Origin: Basidiobolus meristosporus CBS 931.73
Taxonomy: Eukaryota > Fungi > Basidiobolomycota
Assembly: GCA_002104905.1 (NCBI GenBank)
Contig: MCFE01000193.1
Span: 72,595-136,594 of the forward strand
Direction of reading: 5' to 3'
DNA length: 64,000 nt
In this document: positions 37,824 through 51,771 of the stretch, piece after piece
How positions within the stretch are numbered: position 1 is the stretch's first letter
Layout: every line of letters starts with the position of its first letter
The notes under the pieces: generated by a model
Told to the model about the DNA's origin: nothing
The model's input: only the letters and a program-made list of their open reading frames with translations
Databases searched by the model: none
Position numbers and translations under genes: made by a program

Positions 37824-38546
37824 AGACAAAATACGCTCTAACGTGCGTGCTGAATAATGAAAGAACTTGGGTCAATATTGGCAATGTGAACCTTCCTAAT
37901 TACCAAAAAAATAAGAGTCGTAACTGGAAATAGCAGTCTTGCCAAAGAGGGGAATTCATTGAAAGGGGTTCAGTAGGGTTCTGGAGACGTAGGCTCCTCG
38001 ATCATAAGATGGATGCAACTCAACGGATATTTTACGAATCCTTTCAAACCTCTGGGTCTTATAATTAACAATGTCCAAGCGGGTGCCTGGGACAAAAAAG
38101 TACGCCAATATCGTGTAGATATGAGGAATAATCGTGCTGAAGTAGAGACAAGTATTTACACATGTAGTCAAGTACCAATTAGGTGAAAGATATTATTCTC
38201 AATGCCATATTTATAGAGATGAATAATGCACCAATGGGGTGCAGAAATCAATCATACTTTGGACCAGATGCGGCATTCTTATTTATTATTTCCGATTATT
38301 GTACTTGTTGACCTCGATCATGCATCGCGTCTTGGTCAAATCTGATCAGACAAACCGTTGCGTAAATGATCGAACATACCCAAACCTATTCCGATCTGCG
38401 CTGTGGATATCGATCGTGTAAAGCCGACAGTATAATGACACGAAGTACTCACCATTCATGATGTCATCAGGGCCATAGGCTGAGTATATATTCTTGGGAA
38501 AGGCTTCCTCTTCTGCAGAATATCTATCCAGCAACCCAGAAACACC

Positions 38547-38732
38547 ATGGAATACGAAGGAAAGAACCCCGGGAACGTTGAAGGAGGACTCAAGGCTGCC
38601 GCACACAATCCCAACGTCTCAGCCGAGAAGCAACAAGAGTCACTAGAGAAGGCATCCCAGATTCATGAAGAGCGTACTGGTAAACCGTTGGAAGGGCAGA
38701 CCATCGAAAAGGAATCCAAGGATTCAAAATAA
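38547..38732 (+). CDS. con-6: Con-6-like copy 5
   Basis: Intact 61-aa paralogue. Confidence 0.88.
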   Translation: MEYEGKNPGNVEGGLKAAAHNPNVSAEKQQESLEKASQIHEERTGKPLEGQTIEKESKDSK

Positions 38733-39346
38733 AATTCATGCACACTGTCAAGTGTACCTCAAAACTTCAGTTACTATGTTACTTGCGTGGAATAAATAAA
38801 TACGTGTATCCTTCGCTTAGTTAATTGTATATTTGGGGCTTGGGGAGTTACAACCACAATACATTCTGATGAGAATGCAGCTGCTCATGATAACCTTGGA
38901 AAGTAAGAGCTTCGGTAGCATAATCAATTGGCATATATCAATGACAGTATAGCCGATGGGAATCCATGTAAATTCAAGTATGCGAGGTCAAGTGGCATGC
39001 ACCAGATTAGCTACTGTCCTATATGAGACTTAGGAGTCATCAATTGAGACTCTAGTTGACTTGAGTTAGTCATCTCATCGATCATGGCACTAATTGACCT
39101 TGATCGTCGATTGTGTGCATGTCATAGTCATCTCATCGATCGTGTATTTATCAGTTCTGATCACAACGTTCTTTCAATCTGGTAGGTGCTGATGCAGCTC
39201 TGTTATATCCCGCAGTCGTCAAGATCTTTGAAGCATGGATCGATCGAAGATCAGGCGCCGATGCCATAGAGAGTAAGGCTCGTGTATATAAACCAGTCAA
39301 AGGTAGCTTATCCCACAGATCATTACTCTAATAACTCAGAAACATC

Positions 39347-39532
39347 ATGGAATACGAAGGAAAGAACCCCGGAAATGTCGAAGGAGGACTCAAGGCTGCC
39401 GCTCACAATCCCAACGTCTCAGCCGAGAAGCAACAGGAGTCACTAGAAAAGGCATCTCAGATCCATGAAGAGCGTACAGGCGAGCCGTTGAAGGATCAAA
39501 CTATTCAAAAGGAATCCAAGGATTCAAAATAA
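39347..39532 (+). CDS. con-6: Con-6-like copy 6
   Basis: Intact 61-aa paralogue. Confidence 0.88.
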   Translation: MEYEGKNPGNVEGGLKAAAHNPNVSAEKQQESLEKASQIHEERTGEPLKDQTIQKESKDSK

Positions 39533-40213
39533 AGACAAGGCACGCTCCAATGCGCATGCTGATTATTGTTGCAAACCTTGTCATTGAATATGTATAAATC
39601 CATTAAGTGGTCGGATTCCACACATTCATGTGGGCCTTGCATAATTCATCCTTAGTCCACCCACCATTATAACATAACAGAGTTGCGAGAATTCGAGATT
39701 TGTCAAGCACCTAAATCTCAGTATCTGATTACGAAAGCGAGAATGCAAGCAAAATACGAACTTGCATATCAAGTATAAAGAATAATCGTGTTGAGGTGTG
39801 AATTTAAGCCATTGTTGAAGCACTGATCCTATACGTACGAATGTGTGTAGTCAAGCTCAGATGGATAAGAAAGCAACAGAAAAAAAAGGCGACTGACTTG
39901 TCAATAGGACTAATATGTTACCACACTTCAGGCCAGACGCGACATTCTTATTGATTGTGGATGTCGATCGTACATTGTGTATCAGACAAATCTGATCATA
40001 CTAACTGCTGTGCAAATGATCCAACATACCCAAAGATATCCCGATCTGCACTGTGGATATCGATCGAGTCAAGCCGATGGCATAATGTTGCTGATTGAGT
40101 CTAGTCATGAAGCACTCATCATTCATGATGTCACCAGAACCGCAGGTCGAGTATATAAGTCTACAAAAGGTTTCCTGGTCTACAGAATATCTATCCAGCA
40201 ACCCAGAAACGCC

Positions 40214-40399
40214 ATGGAATACGAAGGAAAGAACCCCGGAAATGTTGAGGGAGGCTTCAAGGCTGCCGCACACAACCCAAATGTCTCAGCCGAGAAGCAA
40301 CAAGAGTCACTAGAGAAGGCATCCCAGATTCATGAAGAGCGTACCGGCAAACCGCTGAAGGAACAAACCATTGAGAAGGAATCCAAGGATTCAAAATAA
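40214..40399 (+). CDS. con-6: Con-6-like copy 7
   Basis: Intact 61-aa paralogue. Confidence 0.88.
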   Translation: MEYEGKNPGNVEGGFKAAAHNPNVSAEKQQESLEKASQIHEERTGKPLKEQTIEKESKDSK

Positions 40400-42865
40400 A
40401 ACTCAGATACACTACGAAGTGTACATTGAAATCTCAGTTGCCATTTCGCTTGTGTCTTGACCAGAGAGGCTGGCTTTCGCCCACAAAAGAAATGGGAGGC
40501 TTGAACCAGTAGGGAACAATAGAATGATGAAATCACTTGTCTAGTGCTCAATCAAGCCGAAGTGCCTTCGAGTTCCCAGAACAATGGAGCACTAAAATAT
40601 GAGCAACTCTCACCTGTCTGATTGTGTACTCGGAGTTTAGTGAGGTACAACTATAATGCATTCGAGTGTGAATGCAGCTGCTCATGGTAACCATGGAAGG
40701 TGAAGGCCCTGGTGGGGCAATTACTTGGCGTTTAAGTCAGGGAGAGTAGGTTATCGCAGATGGAAACTCTCACTCAACATATGTATAAACACGCTCTAGG
40801 CAATCATTCCATTGACTACAGATAGAGGTGAAACCACGTGCTTGGTGGGTTTTAAACTTTCATCTTCGGCGATACCTGAGTAGTTTTCTAAACGGCATAT
40901 CGGTGGTATGATCCTCAATAAAAGGTGGCCTTGAGGAGTACTCCGAATTCTGAGCATCTGCTGATCCACATGACTTTTGTAGCCTGCTTAGGTTACGGAC
41001 CAGGATGGTACTGGGTTCATCACCCGATACCTTAATATCCAACTCCGTGTGTTTATCTTAAATCTCCTACCCTTCCAGGATGTATGTTTTCTTCTGGTGG
41101 TCAGGAGATCGATTACGCCAATTCGCTTTTTTTGCGGGGGGGGTTGTCATATGGGAGAAGAGTGTGTCTCGGCAATGTGGTTGCTGATGAGATTTACTCG
41201 TTTTCGGTCTTGTTCATCAAATTTTGACAAGCTAACCACAGACCTACCCCCTGCTATGCAAGCTGCATCGATGGTGAAAGTCGACTAGGCTCTTCAAACA
41301 AGGTGGGAAGTGACATCTGGTGGGATGGTGGAATATGCTGGAGTAGATGGGGCAGATTATTACCTGCATCGCAGTAGATAGCACTCGGCTATTAGCCTAG
41401 AACGGTTTCGACATCCTCCAGCAATAGCATATCCTGATCTAAACAATATTCTCCCTGGAATCGTGTCTACCAGGCTATGTGCACAGCATGCAAGGATCCA
41501 TTTTTTTCGCCAGAACGTGGCGGCGGGTCCTGTGATGGAATCAAAGAACGGTTCAATTTCCCGAGATCTGTGTCGTTGTAATTGGATTTCTCGGTGCCAG
41601 CCAACAACCACATTGTTTCAATTTCTGTGCGATGCGAAATGCATCTCCCAATTACAGGAACGGATGCGTTGCAATTTCCCCTGGAAACTGGGTCCTGATA
41701 GGTGGGCCCGCTAGATCGGAGCTGGCTAAGGAATCTACATATCCGATTCGGATCCGATCGTATCGCGCGCAAATCAGTGTCATGATGGATGAAGGTGGGT
41801 CTCGTGAGTGAGTTCTGATGATTCGACAAGTAGGCGTTCTAAGAATGTGGAAGCAGGTTCAAGATAGGAAGTAATGTGCGCTGGGTTAAGTATTATTACC
41901 TGTAACCATGTTTGGTAAAGGCAATGATGGTAAGTTTTTATATCGAACTGGGTGGCCTATACGAAGGTAAATTTCACTCGGGTACTCCTACGTAATGTTG
42001 ACTGTCGAATGTGTTGCTCGCTTGCTGGAATTTTGGGTGGTAATGTTTCCGCTTTGCACTTTTGAAGACTTCATGTGCTACAGGGAATCAAATTGTATTG
42101 CTGATGATCACTGAGAACGCAGAACATATGTGCTGTAGACTGGGGTTATGGTCCCTGTATCTGCATGCGGGCAATACGAGGAGATAGTAGGATACATAGA
42201 CTCCATCACACAAGAAATTCCCAAACATGAAGCCAATTGATGGGAATTCAGTCCGTTTGTTGCACCAAGTTCTCTTGTCTGAGATTAGGAAATGCTGGGT
42301 CTAGGATGATTTGTATGTGATTGCTCAACACTAGCGAGAAGAGGCATTTGAGATATGGATTCATCACCGTTTAGGCCTTATTCGAGCCACGTATAGACAC
42401 TTAGTGTGACGCTTGAGTTGACACACACTTGACACTTCATAGTTCAGTGTTACCCAAAGTGAAAATGTAAGGGTCGATCTACTCAGTCAGGGCCAATAGC
42501 TAGCCAGAGCACGTGACGAAGCTACATGGTAAATGAGTCTCGACCAAATAAGTGGCACCATCGATTCCGTTAGCATCCATCACGGTTATCAAAGTGAAGA
42601 GGATGGCTACCTGGTAGTCAATCGAGTTTCCACCACCTCGGAAACGCTTACACTCCTCCGGTAATTGGTCGTCCCTTCGCCACAATACAAGCAGTTGGAT
42701 CCTCTTATCTATCAATCCAAATTGGTTAGATTTTGGGCTGGATTAGGTAGAGTGAAATCAAGGTTTCAGAGTGGGTTTCACTTCCCTCGAAGGAAATCCA
42801 GGCTACGTTCATTTTTTGGTTAATAGGCAACTAAATCAAGCAGATGTGGTTCATTCTACCTGAAG

Positions 42866-42941
42866 TTCGGTGCACAACTGATCTTGATAGATAGGGACGC
42901 TTTTTCGGTGCACAACTGATCTTGATAGATAGGGACGCTTT
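42866..42941. repeat. 38-bp direct tandem duplication
   Basis: TTCGGTGCACAACTGATCTTGATAGATAGGGACGCTTT x2. Confidence 0.9.
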
Positions 42942-43797
42942 TATCAGAGAAGTGAATCTGGTGGCTCCTAAATTGGCGCACTAAACTTCGTCGCTAAGGG
43001 CGTGCCACTTTATTTGATTGTAAGGAAGGGTGAGCCCAGATTAGTCCAATTCAGACCGCAATTAGTCCGTTGTTGACCAGGGATTTGTTGTCTTGACCAG
43101 AATCTGAAGGTTGAAGGTTAGAAATGTCACTTGATACTATCTAACCGCTGAATCATTCACTTACTGAATAGTCAATATTAAATGAGTCTAGTACCCCTGA
43201 TTGCCCGCAAAGGCTTCAACAGCCTCACTTGGTTCGTGACCAGGCTCCATGATGCGTCGTTAAGGCATCCAAGATCCTGGTGACCTTGTCGACTGTCAGC
43301 TCCGTGAGGATAGAAGCCCACTCATTTTGCCCAATAGGGCAATTTACGATTGTGTGCGTGGTTTTCGAATGGTGCTGTTTATTCAGTACTCTACAAGGCT
43401 TTATGTGCACCCGTAGTGTGCTGATATCCTAAAATCTCATCGCATAGCTACATGTAATAGTATACAAGTGTTATCAGACAAAGAACCCACAAAATCATAG
43501 GGCCCATTTTCCTTACTCCACAAGGGAGCGTTCTAGGTGGTATCGAAGCCTGAGAGAATATAGATTAGGTATGATCAGTCCAGGGTGAAGCTTAGGATTG
43601 GGTGAGTGTAAATCATTTCCATAAGCATATATTAATCTTTCTCCGTTTACTAATACTACGTTAGGATAAGTGCCGAAGTGGATGGTGGCAGATGTGCCTG
43701 GTTTCTTGACGCGTAAAAACTCCACTGTCCTACTTCCTAGTTGGCGGTCATCTAACATTATATAAGACCCGACAATCTACATGAATCAATATTCAAA

Positions 43798-45613
43798 ATG
43801 TGTTTCAGATACTTGTCTTCCAGCTTGCTCCTCCTTGGCTCTTTGGCGTTGGCTGCGGACCACCTAGGAAAGCCTGGGTCCAAATTCTCAAAATACAGGT
43901 AAGCGAAAGCGTGCGCACGTAGCAGTACGGATATCTACTAAACAAGACCATTATAGACCGACCTACCACTTTCAACCGCCAAAGAATTGGATGAATGACC
44001 CCTGTGCACCCATGAAGACCCCGGATGGAAAGTACCATCTTTTCTATCAATACAATCCCTACGATGCGATTTGGGGAAACATGACTTGGGGCCATGCGTC
44101 CTCCTCTGATCTGATCCATTGGGAAGACGAAGAAAATGCTCTGGAGTCCGACCAGCCCTACGACCACCTTGGTATCTTCTCTGGTAGCGGAATCACCAAG
44201 GGCTATCAAGGGAAGCCAACCGTTGGTTATACTGCAGTATCGAAGCTTCCCATCTCTTGGAAGATCGACTACCCGTTAGATGCAGAACAGCAAGCACTCG
44301 CATATACAGATGACAATGGGGCCACTTGGCAAAAGCTAGGCGTCGTCTTGCCTACACCACCTGATGTCAACAGAACCGGTTTTAGAGATCCTTTTCTGTT
44401 CCGTAGCTCGACCTTCGACTCGTTGTTAGCTGGTAGCAACCGTAGTTTGGAGAATATATACATGACCATTAGCGGAGGGACCAATGCCACCACGAAGGGA
44501 GGAAGGCTTTGGCTGTACAAATCCCAAGACTGGATCAACTGGGAATTACTCCCTGCTCCGTTCTATGGAGCTGCTGGAGACCAGCCTCTCAACAAGTTCT
44601 CAGAGTATACTCTGGGTCACAACTGGGAGATGGCCAACTATTTTGTCTTGAATGAGGAGGAGAAAGCCAACCAATGGCATACGGTCATCATCGGGGTCGA
44701 AGGAAACAGTAAGTACAACACCATCCGCTGGCCTATTTGGGCTATGGGACGTATCCAAGCCAATAACAACAGCATCGAGTTTGTACCAGTCATCAGTGGT
44801 ATACTCGACAATGGGATCGACTATGCGGACAATTCATTCTACGATCCTGCCACAGGGCAGAGGATTTTGTGGGGCTGGGTCACTGAGGATGATTCGGAGA
44901 ATCTCCAGATCCGCAAAGCCCAGGGATGGTCGGGCATGCTAACTGTACCTCGAGAGATCTTCCTCTACCAAAAGACCGGGGTCTTCTACACCAACCAACT
45001 CCAAAGCCACATAGGAGGCCTCGACTTCACCTGGGATGAGACGCAGCAGACCAATGTCATCTCAACCCTAGGCATTAGACCAATCAAGCAGCTAGAACAT
45101 CTTAGAGATCAGGTTGATGTAGAGCTTCATGACTTCGAATTGGGGCATTCGGACACCACCCCCTATATTACTTCCGGAAAGCGTAGCTACGAAATTAGCG
45201 CGGTGTTCGATTTCTCCAAAGACCCAACCGCTCAAGCGGGGATCACTCTGATGAGATCGGAGGATGGAAAAGAAGAGACGACTATCCTGTATGACCCAGT
45301 GACCGCGAACATGACCATCACTCGTAGTAGATCCTCCTTGAACCCGCTTTACGCCAACACTACCCAATGGGGTACGTTCCCACTCTTATACACCGCCGAT
45401 GGACTTGAGAAACTGGAGTTGCGAGTGTTCGTTGACAAATCCATCATTGAAGTGTTCGCTAACGATCGATTTGCCCTTACTACTCGTGTCTACCCGACAC
45501 TTCATAGCTCAACCCAAGTCACCCTGAACCTGGCTAAGGGCCAGAGCGTCTTGGTTGAAGAGATGACCCTCTGGCCTATAACTGATCGTGCTTTTCTAAA
45601 CCGCGACAAATAA
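43798..45613 (+). CDS. Secreted GH32 beta-fructofuranosidase/inulinase-like enzyme (~585 aa; exons 43798-43898 and 43957-45613)
   Basis: Signal peptide MCFRYLSSSLLLLGSLALA, then RPTYHF..PKNWMNDP, WGHA, FSGS, FRDP, NWEM (acid/base) and a C-terminal beta-sandwich (LELRVFVDKSIIEVFAN). TATA box at ~43759. Confidence 0.93.
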
Positions 45614-46030
45614 ACCAGAATATCTTTTGACTTGGTCATTCCCCGCCACAATGCAATGCCTCAGATTAAGCAATCAATTTTAGTTTACACAGGCTGTAGC
45701 GCATTTTGTGTGATTCCCTGGAAGGAATGCATAATTGCGACTGACCAAAAATAGATCGTGTCCCTAATTTAGGTGCAATAGTGGACGCAACGGCACAAAT
45801 AAGGCTGGATCGGTGTCGGCAACCAGTTCCAACCTTGAACACTTGGGTCAAATCAACGAGTGACAACACAAGCATGAGATCGGACGCGCCAGGAAGAACC
45901 TTCGATGAATTAGCGCATCACCATATGGAGGTAGATTGTACTGAACCTTCGATATTATTAATAGTTCACCAGCTCTATAAAAGATTCCTTGCTGCACCCA
46001 CCTATCATTACCACTACCACTACCATTACC

Positions 46031-46690
46031 ATGAGTTCTCAATTACGCGCCAAAGCCTTCCTTTTCGACCTGGACGGCACGCTAGTCAATACAATCGCCG
46101 CTGCAGAGAGGCAGTACACCATCTGGGCCACTAAACTCGGGATCGACCCCAAGCCGGTGGTTGAATACTGCCACGGGGTCAGAGCAATCGAGGTGATGCA
46201 AAAGTTCACACCCAAGGGGGCGAAGATCACCATTGATGATGCCAACGAGTGGGAAACTGGGTTCAGCAATGATTCAGAAGGGGTCTTCGTACTCCCGGGC
46301 ATACCAGAGCTCCTGAAGAAGCTTCCCAAACACCGCTGGGCTATTGTTACTTCGGGCGTCCGTGCCATGGCTGAAGCAAGACTACGGCAAATGGATCTTC
46401 CTGTTCCTGACGTACTCATCACAGCAGACACCGTAACCCATGGAAAACCTCACCCCGAAGGATACTTGGCTGCCGCATCCAAGCTTGGTTTCAGGCCCGA
46501 CGAATGCATCATCTTCGAGGATGCACCGGCCGGAATCGAGGCAGGAGTTAGCGCCGGGATTCGCACTATCGGTATCACCACTAGCTACAAGCCAGAACCC
46601 TCCACAAAGCGAATGTTCTCATCGATGATTATCATGACATTCTGGTGGAAAAGTCGGCCAACGAGGAGGAGTTTGAAATCAAGGTGCTAA
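46031..46690 (+). CDS. HAD phosphatase copy 2 with a 1-nt deletion altering the C-terminus (possible pseudogene)
   Basis: Near-identical to 32734-33414. GAAACC becomes GAACC at ~46596, after motif IV. Confidence 0.8.
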   Translation: MSSQLRAKAFLFDLDGTLVNTIAAAERQYTIWATKLGIDPKPVVEYCHGVRAIEVMQKFTPKGAKITIDDANEWETGFSNDSEGVFVLPGIPELLKKLPKHRWAIVTSGVRAMAEARLRQMDLPVPDVLITADTVTHGKPHPEGYLAAASKLGFRPDECIIFEDAPAGIEAGVSAGIRTIGITTSYKPEPSTKRMFSSMIIMTFWWKSRPTRRSLKSRC

Positions 46691-46712
46691 GAAACAGAAG
46701 ATCGGATTAAAT

Positions 46713-46768
46713 CGCAAACCGCAAACCGCAAACCGCAAACCGCAAACCGCAAACCGCAAACCGCAAAT
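46713..46768. repeat. (CGCAAAC)x8 minisatellite downstream of HAD copy 2
   Basis: 7 perfect units plus 1 variant. Only about 4 imperfect units at the paralogous site ~33416. Confidence 0.9.
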
Positions 46769-47892
46769 CACTAATGGTACATCGTGCATCGCAAATCCCC
46801 AAGTAAATAGAGTCACACGAAGGCTTCCTACTGGCCGGAATCAATTTTGTGGCCAGATCAAGATTCATTGATCCATGATGAAACCAAATTAAAGGACAAG
46901 GCATTGCTTGTGCTGATTAGTATTTATCATCGGAATATTGTTCCTAGCCACTCTGGCGGACTCCAGGGTAAGCGACTCCGCTGACTGAAACTAGGCACGC
47001 GATAATCGATATTGATGGGTGTAAAGGCTTGCAAATGGCTCTCTCTTCCACCGAGTATCTATCTTGCGACTCCGAAGCAAAGAGCCTCGAAAACATGGTA
47101 GGAGAACTCAAGGTTGCTGCCCACAATCCGACAAGAATCGCTCGATAATTTTATCGAAAGAGTAGAGCTACCACAAGGAATCTAAGGGCTCAGGATGCAA
47201 GCACGGGTGTGTTGAATAGTGATGAAATGGGTTGTTCACTTGGAATAGAAAGTGCCCCAAGTATAAGCAAAGTCGTAAAAATCTTGAAGAATTAGTGCAA
47301 GCAGTTGCTAACCAAAATTCGGACGGACATGGGGGGTTGTTGTTGATACTACGTCACTTGTTCCTCGCCCCAAGTTACAACGAATAGAACCCTTGCTGAG
47401 AGTCCTTATTTGAGCTACATATATATACATAAGCATCACGTGTGCAATATGGTTGCTAAGTCAGCTGATATGACTGTGTGGCATATGTGTGGAGGTGATG
47501 TGATGTGATGGCATGAAGAGTAGGAGTCGGACTGCACCTGGAGGAAAACTACATCGTTGGCTAATCTAGTGGTACATCACTCTACTTGTCGTGAGCATAG
47601 TCACCACCAGATGCGAGTCGAGTTTCCCGTATGGACAGCGGATCGCTGCCCACGTCATTCTAGCTAACTGAGTCAAATGCGAACTTTAACTGAGGTTAGA
47701 TACGCAATGTTCTATAGCGGTGATGTCAAAGGGAATAGGTACTGAGCATACAAGGCTGCCTCCGTTCTTTGGCTGAAACTAAACACGCAACACTCGATTT
47801 CCGTGATGTCATAGGAAATATCGAACGAGTACATAAACTTGGCACAGATCTCCGGGCACTGCAGAGTATCTATCTCATAACTCGGAAACAAC

Positions 47893-48078
47893 ATGGAATA
47901 CGAAGGAAAGAACCCCGGGAACGTTGAAGGAGGATTCAAAGCAGCCGCGCACAACCCCAACGTCTCAGCCGAGAAGCAACAAGAGTCGCTAGATAAGGCA
48001 TCCCAGATCCACGAAGAACGCACTGGCAAACCGCTGAAGGAGCAGACCATTGAAAAGGAATCCAAGGATTCGAAATAA
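47893..48078 (+). CDS. con-6: Con-6-like copy 8
   Basis: Paralogue of copy 1, including its upstream flank. Confidence 0.88.
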   Translation: MEYEGKNPGNVEGGFKAAAHNPNVSAEKQQESLDKASQIHEERTGKPLKEQTIEKESKDSK

Positions 48079-48822
48079 AGATTTGATACATTGCTCGGTA
48101 TTTACTAAAAGTCCGTGACCAGCAAGTAGGATAAGATACAGGAAGAGTATAGATGGACAAAAATTATGTATATGGTCTTTAGCTACAGATGTTCTACCTT
48201 GCGTAGATGGAATTTTCGGTTAGCGTGGCATATAAGTCGAAGCATGAGATATCAGCCTTTGCCAGCAAAACTACCGGGATTAGGGAACATCGAAATATTA
48301 TTGATCACTTGTGTAACGCTTGAATCAGCAAAATACTGGTGTAATTTGGGTTCGGTACGTTGCAAACATATGGTGTTCCAATGGGTATATCAATATTATA
48401 TGTCAAGACATTACTAGTGCGATCACTTTGCATATATGTAAATGAGAGAAGGATGTTGCTGATATAAAACGAGGAATATTAAGAGAAGTATGAAATACAA
48501 CATTCAAGTGTAGTTATGACCGAATGTACGGTTGTGATAAGAGTGGAGTGTCGTCTATAGAGACTAGCTGATTTTTCCTGTTACATCTATTCATCAACCA
48601 CGTACCAATTTCTCCCAATCTCAGTGATCCTTCGATCTGGTGGGTGGTGACATGACCCTGCTGTGTTCCGCAGTCATCGCGATTTGTGCACTAGAGATCG
48701 ATCAGTGCAAATACCGTGGAAAAACACTGGACATTGATAACATAAGGAGTAAGGCTCGTGTATATAAGCTTATCAAAGGTACTTTCTTCCGTAGATCGTT
48801 TCTCTAATAACTCAAAAGCACC

Positions 48823-49008
48823 ATGGAATACGAAGGAAAGAACCCCGGAAATGTTGAAGGTGGACTCAAGGCTGCCGCTCACAATCCCAACGTCTCAGCC
48901 GAGAAGCAACAGGAGTCACTGGATAAGGCATCCCAGATCCATGAAGAGCGTACAGGCGAGCCGTTGAAGGATCAAACTATTCAAAAGGAGTCTAAGGATT
49001 CAAAATAA
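48823..49008 (+). CDS. con-6: Con-6-like copy 9
   Basis: Intact 61-aa paralogue. Confidence 0.88.
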   Translation: MEYEGKNPGNVEGGLKAAAHNPNVSAEKQQESLDKASQIHEERTGEPLKDQTIQKESKDSK

Positions 49009-49746
49009 AGACAGACACACTTCGAAGCGTATGCTGATTAATGAAAGAACTTGGGTCAATATTGGCAATGCTAACCTTCCTAATTACCAAAAAAATAGAG
49101 TCGTAACTGGAAATAGCAGTCTTGCCAAAGAGGGGAATTCATTGAAAGGGGTTCAGTAGGGTTCTGGAGACGTAGGCTCCTCGATCATAAGATGGATGCA
49201 ACTCAACGGATATTTTACGAATCCTTTCAAACCTCTGGGTCTTATAATTAACAATGTCCAAGCGGGTGCCTGGGACAAAAAAGTACGCCAATATCGTGTA
49301 GATATGAGGAATAATCGTGCTGAAGTATAGGCAAGTATTCACACATGTAGTCAAGTACCAATTAGGTGAAAGATATTATTCTCAATGCCATATTTATAGA
49401 GATGAATAATGCACCAATGGGGTGCAGAAATCAATCATACTTTGGACCAGATGCGGCATTCTTATTTATTATTTCCGTTTATTGTACTTGTTGACCTCGA
49501 TCATGCATCGCGTCTTAGTCAGATCTGATCAGACAAACCGTTGCGTAAATGATCGAACATGCCCAAACCTATTCCTATCTGCACTGTGGATATCGATCGA
49601 GTCAAGCCGATGGCATAATGTTGCTGATTCAGTCTAGTCACGAAGCAGTCACCATTCATGATGTCACTAGGACCATAGGCCGAGTATATAAGTTTACCAA
49701 AGGTTTCCTGGTCTACAGAATATCTATCCAGCAACCCAGAAACACC

Positions 49747-49932
49747 ATGGAATACGAAGGAAAGAACCCCGGAAATGTTGAAGGAGGACTCAAGGCCGCC
49801 GCGCACAACCCCAACGTCTCAGCCGAGAAGCAACAAGAGTCACTAGAGAAGGCATCGCAGATTCACGAAGAGCGTACCGGCAAGCCGCTTAAGGAGCAGA
49901 CCATTGAAAAGGAATCCAAGCATTCAAAATAA
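49747..49932 (+). CDS. con-6: Con-6-like copy 10
   Basis: Intact 61-aa paralogue. Confidence 0.88.
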   Translation: MEYEGKNPGNVEGGLKAAAHNPNVSAEKQQESLEKASQIHEERTGKPLKEQTIEKESKHSK

Positions 49933-50887
49933 AGATCGAACACGCTCTCTTATATGAATTGAAAACGCGAATCCCTATAATGTAGAAATACAGTAATCTT
50001 TCATTTGGAGTTTGAAGTTGCAGGTAGATTTTACATGGAAAACGTTATGATAAATGTATCCCAGTTCGTGGAATGATGGCATTGAGAAACAAAATAGCCC
50101 AGAGCTATCAGTCATTTTTGACAATAGAACACCATCGTCCAACCAAGGCTAAAGGGACCGAAAAGCCTCAGAGTGCCATTACTCCTCACTCTCTTAGTAA
50201 AGCGAGATATTGTGATCGTGAACAATGTACGTGGCTTTTCCTTTAAATTTCAGGTACCATACCACTTAAAATTACCATGTGTATCCTTCATTTGTTTGAT
50301 TGTGTATGAGTTTGGTAAGTTACAACAATGATCTATTCTGATAAGAATACAGCTGCTTATGACAACCATGGAAAGTGAAGGCTTCGGTGGTGCAATCAGT
50401 TGGCGTATATGTCTATGACAGTAGTATATCGCCGATGGGGGCCCATAAAATTTAGGCAAGTCAATTATGAAATACAACTCAGTGCAAAGCTTGGTCATCA
50501 GTGGTGACTCCAGCTGGATTTGCTCGCCCAGTGTTTTAAAGTTCAGTAAGGTTGCAGTACTCCCTCAATCTGGGATTGTGGTAGTTGACACCTTAAGTGA
50601 TGTTGTGACGTGAGTGAAGTGCCATCCATTGAGACCCTTTGTTAGCACAGCCTTTTCATCGATCGCGTTCTTGTTAGCTCCGATCACAGTGCTCCTTCGA
50701 TCTGAGTGGTGATGACATGACTCTGCTGTGTTCTGCAGTCATCGCGACCTGCATACTAGGGATCGATCAGTGCAAATGCCGTGTAAAAACACTGGACATT
50801 GATGTCATAAGGAGTAAGGTTCGGGTATATAAGCCAGTCAAAGTTGTCCTCTTCCATGCACCATTTTTCCAATAACTCAAAAGCATC

Positions 50888-51074
50888 ATGGAATACGAAG
50901 GAAAGAACCCCGGAAATGTCGAAGGAGGACTCAAGGCTGCCGCTCACAATCCCAACGTCTCAGCCGAGAAGCAACAGGAGTCACTAGAGTAAGGCATCCC
51001 AGATTCATGAAGAGCGTACAGGCGAGCCGTTGAAGGATCAAACTATTCAAAAGGAGTCTAAGGATTCAAAATAA
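50888..51074 (+). pseudogene. con-6: Con-6-like copy 11, 1-nt insertion creating TAA
   Basis: CTA GAG TAA GGC versus CTA GAG AAG GCA in intact copies. Confidence 0.8.
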
Positions 51075-51771
51075 AGACAGACACACTCCGAGGTGTATGC
51101 TTATTAATGAAAGAATTTGGAAAAAATCAGAGATCTTAACCTTGACTAGTAGGAAATATTTCGAATGAAATTTAGCCAGATGCTTGACTGACATTGAGGC
51201 TTTGCTTTTTGAAGATCTCACTAATAGTTATGTGCATACCAAGCGCGAGAGGAAAAAGCAATGAATAATGGGGATATTATAGGGCTTTTCAGGAGTTTCA
51301 TGGGTGTTTTGGTCGAAGGCAGGTTATGGTGTTTGATGGTTTATTACCTAATACTTCAAAGTATGAATCCAGTCTAATGATGTGCTTGGGTATCGCTGAG
51401 GGCTGTACTTAGTAGTATCGATTTGAAGAATTGACGAAACAAACGAAATTGAATACATTTAGTTAACATTCAGGTTCTTATTCCTCGCCTGTGATTGAAC
51501 TCCTTGTTACACTTGCTCACCTTTACTGTACACTGTGTATCAGTCAAATCCGACCAGACTAAATGTTGCGCAAATGATCGAACATACCCAAAGCTACCCC
51601 GATCTGCACTGTGAATATCGATCGAGTCAAGCCGATGGCATAATGTCGCTGATTGAGTCTAGTCACGAAGCAGTCACCATTCATGATGTCACCAGGGCCA
51701 TAGGCCGAGTATATAAGTCTACCAAAGGTTTCCTGGTCTACAGAATATCTATCCCACAACCCAGAAACACC

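Noticed and set aside
40860-41829. Overlapping minus-strand ORFs, partly duplicated at 31950-32166
   Set aside because: It may be a pseudogene, but I could not assemble a consistent frame or recognise a family.
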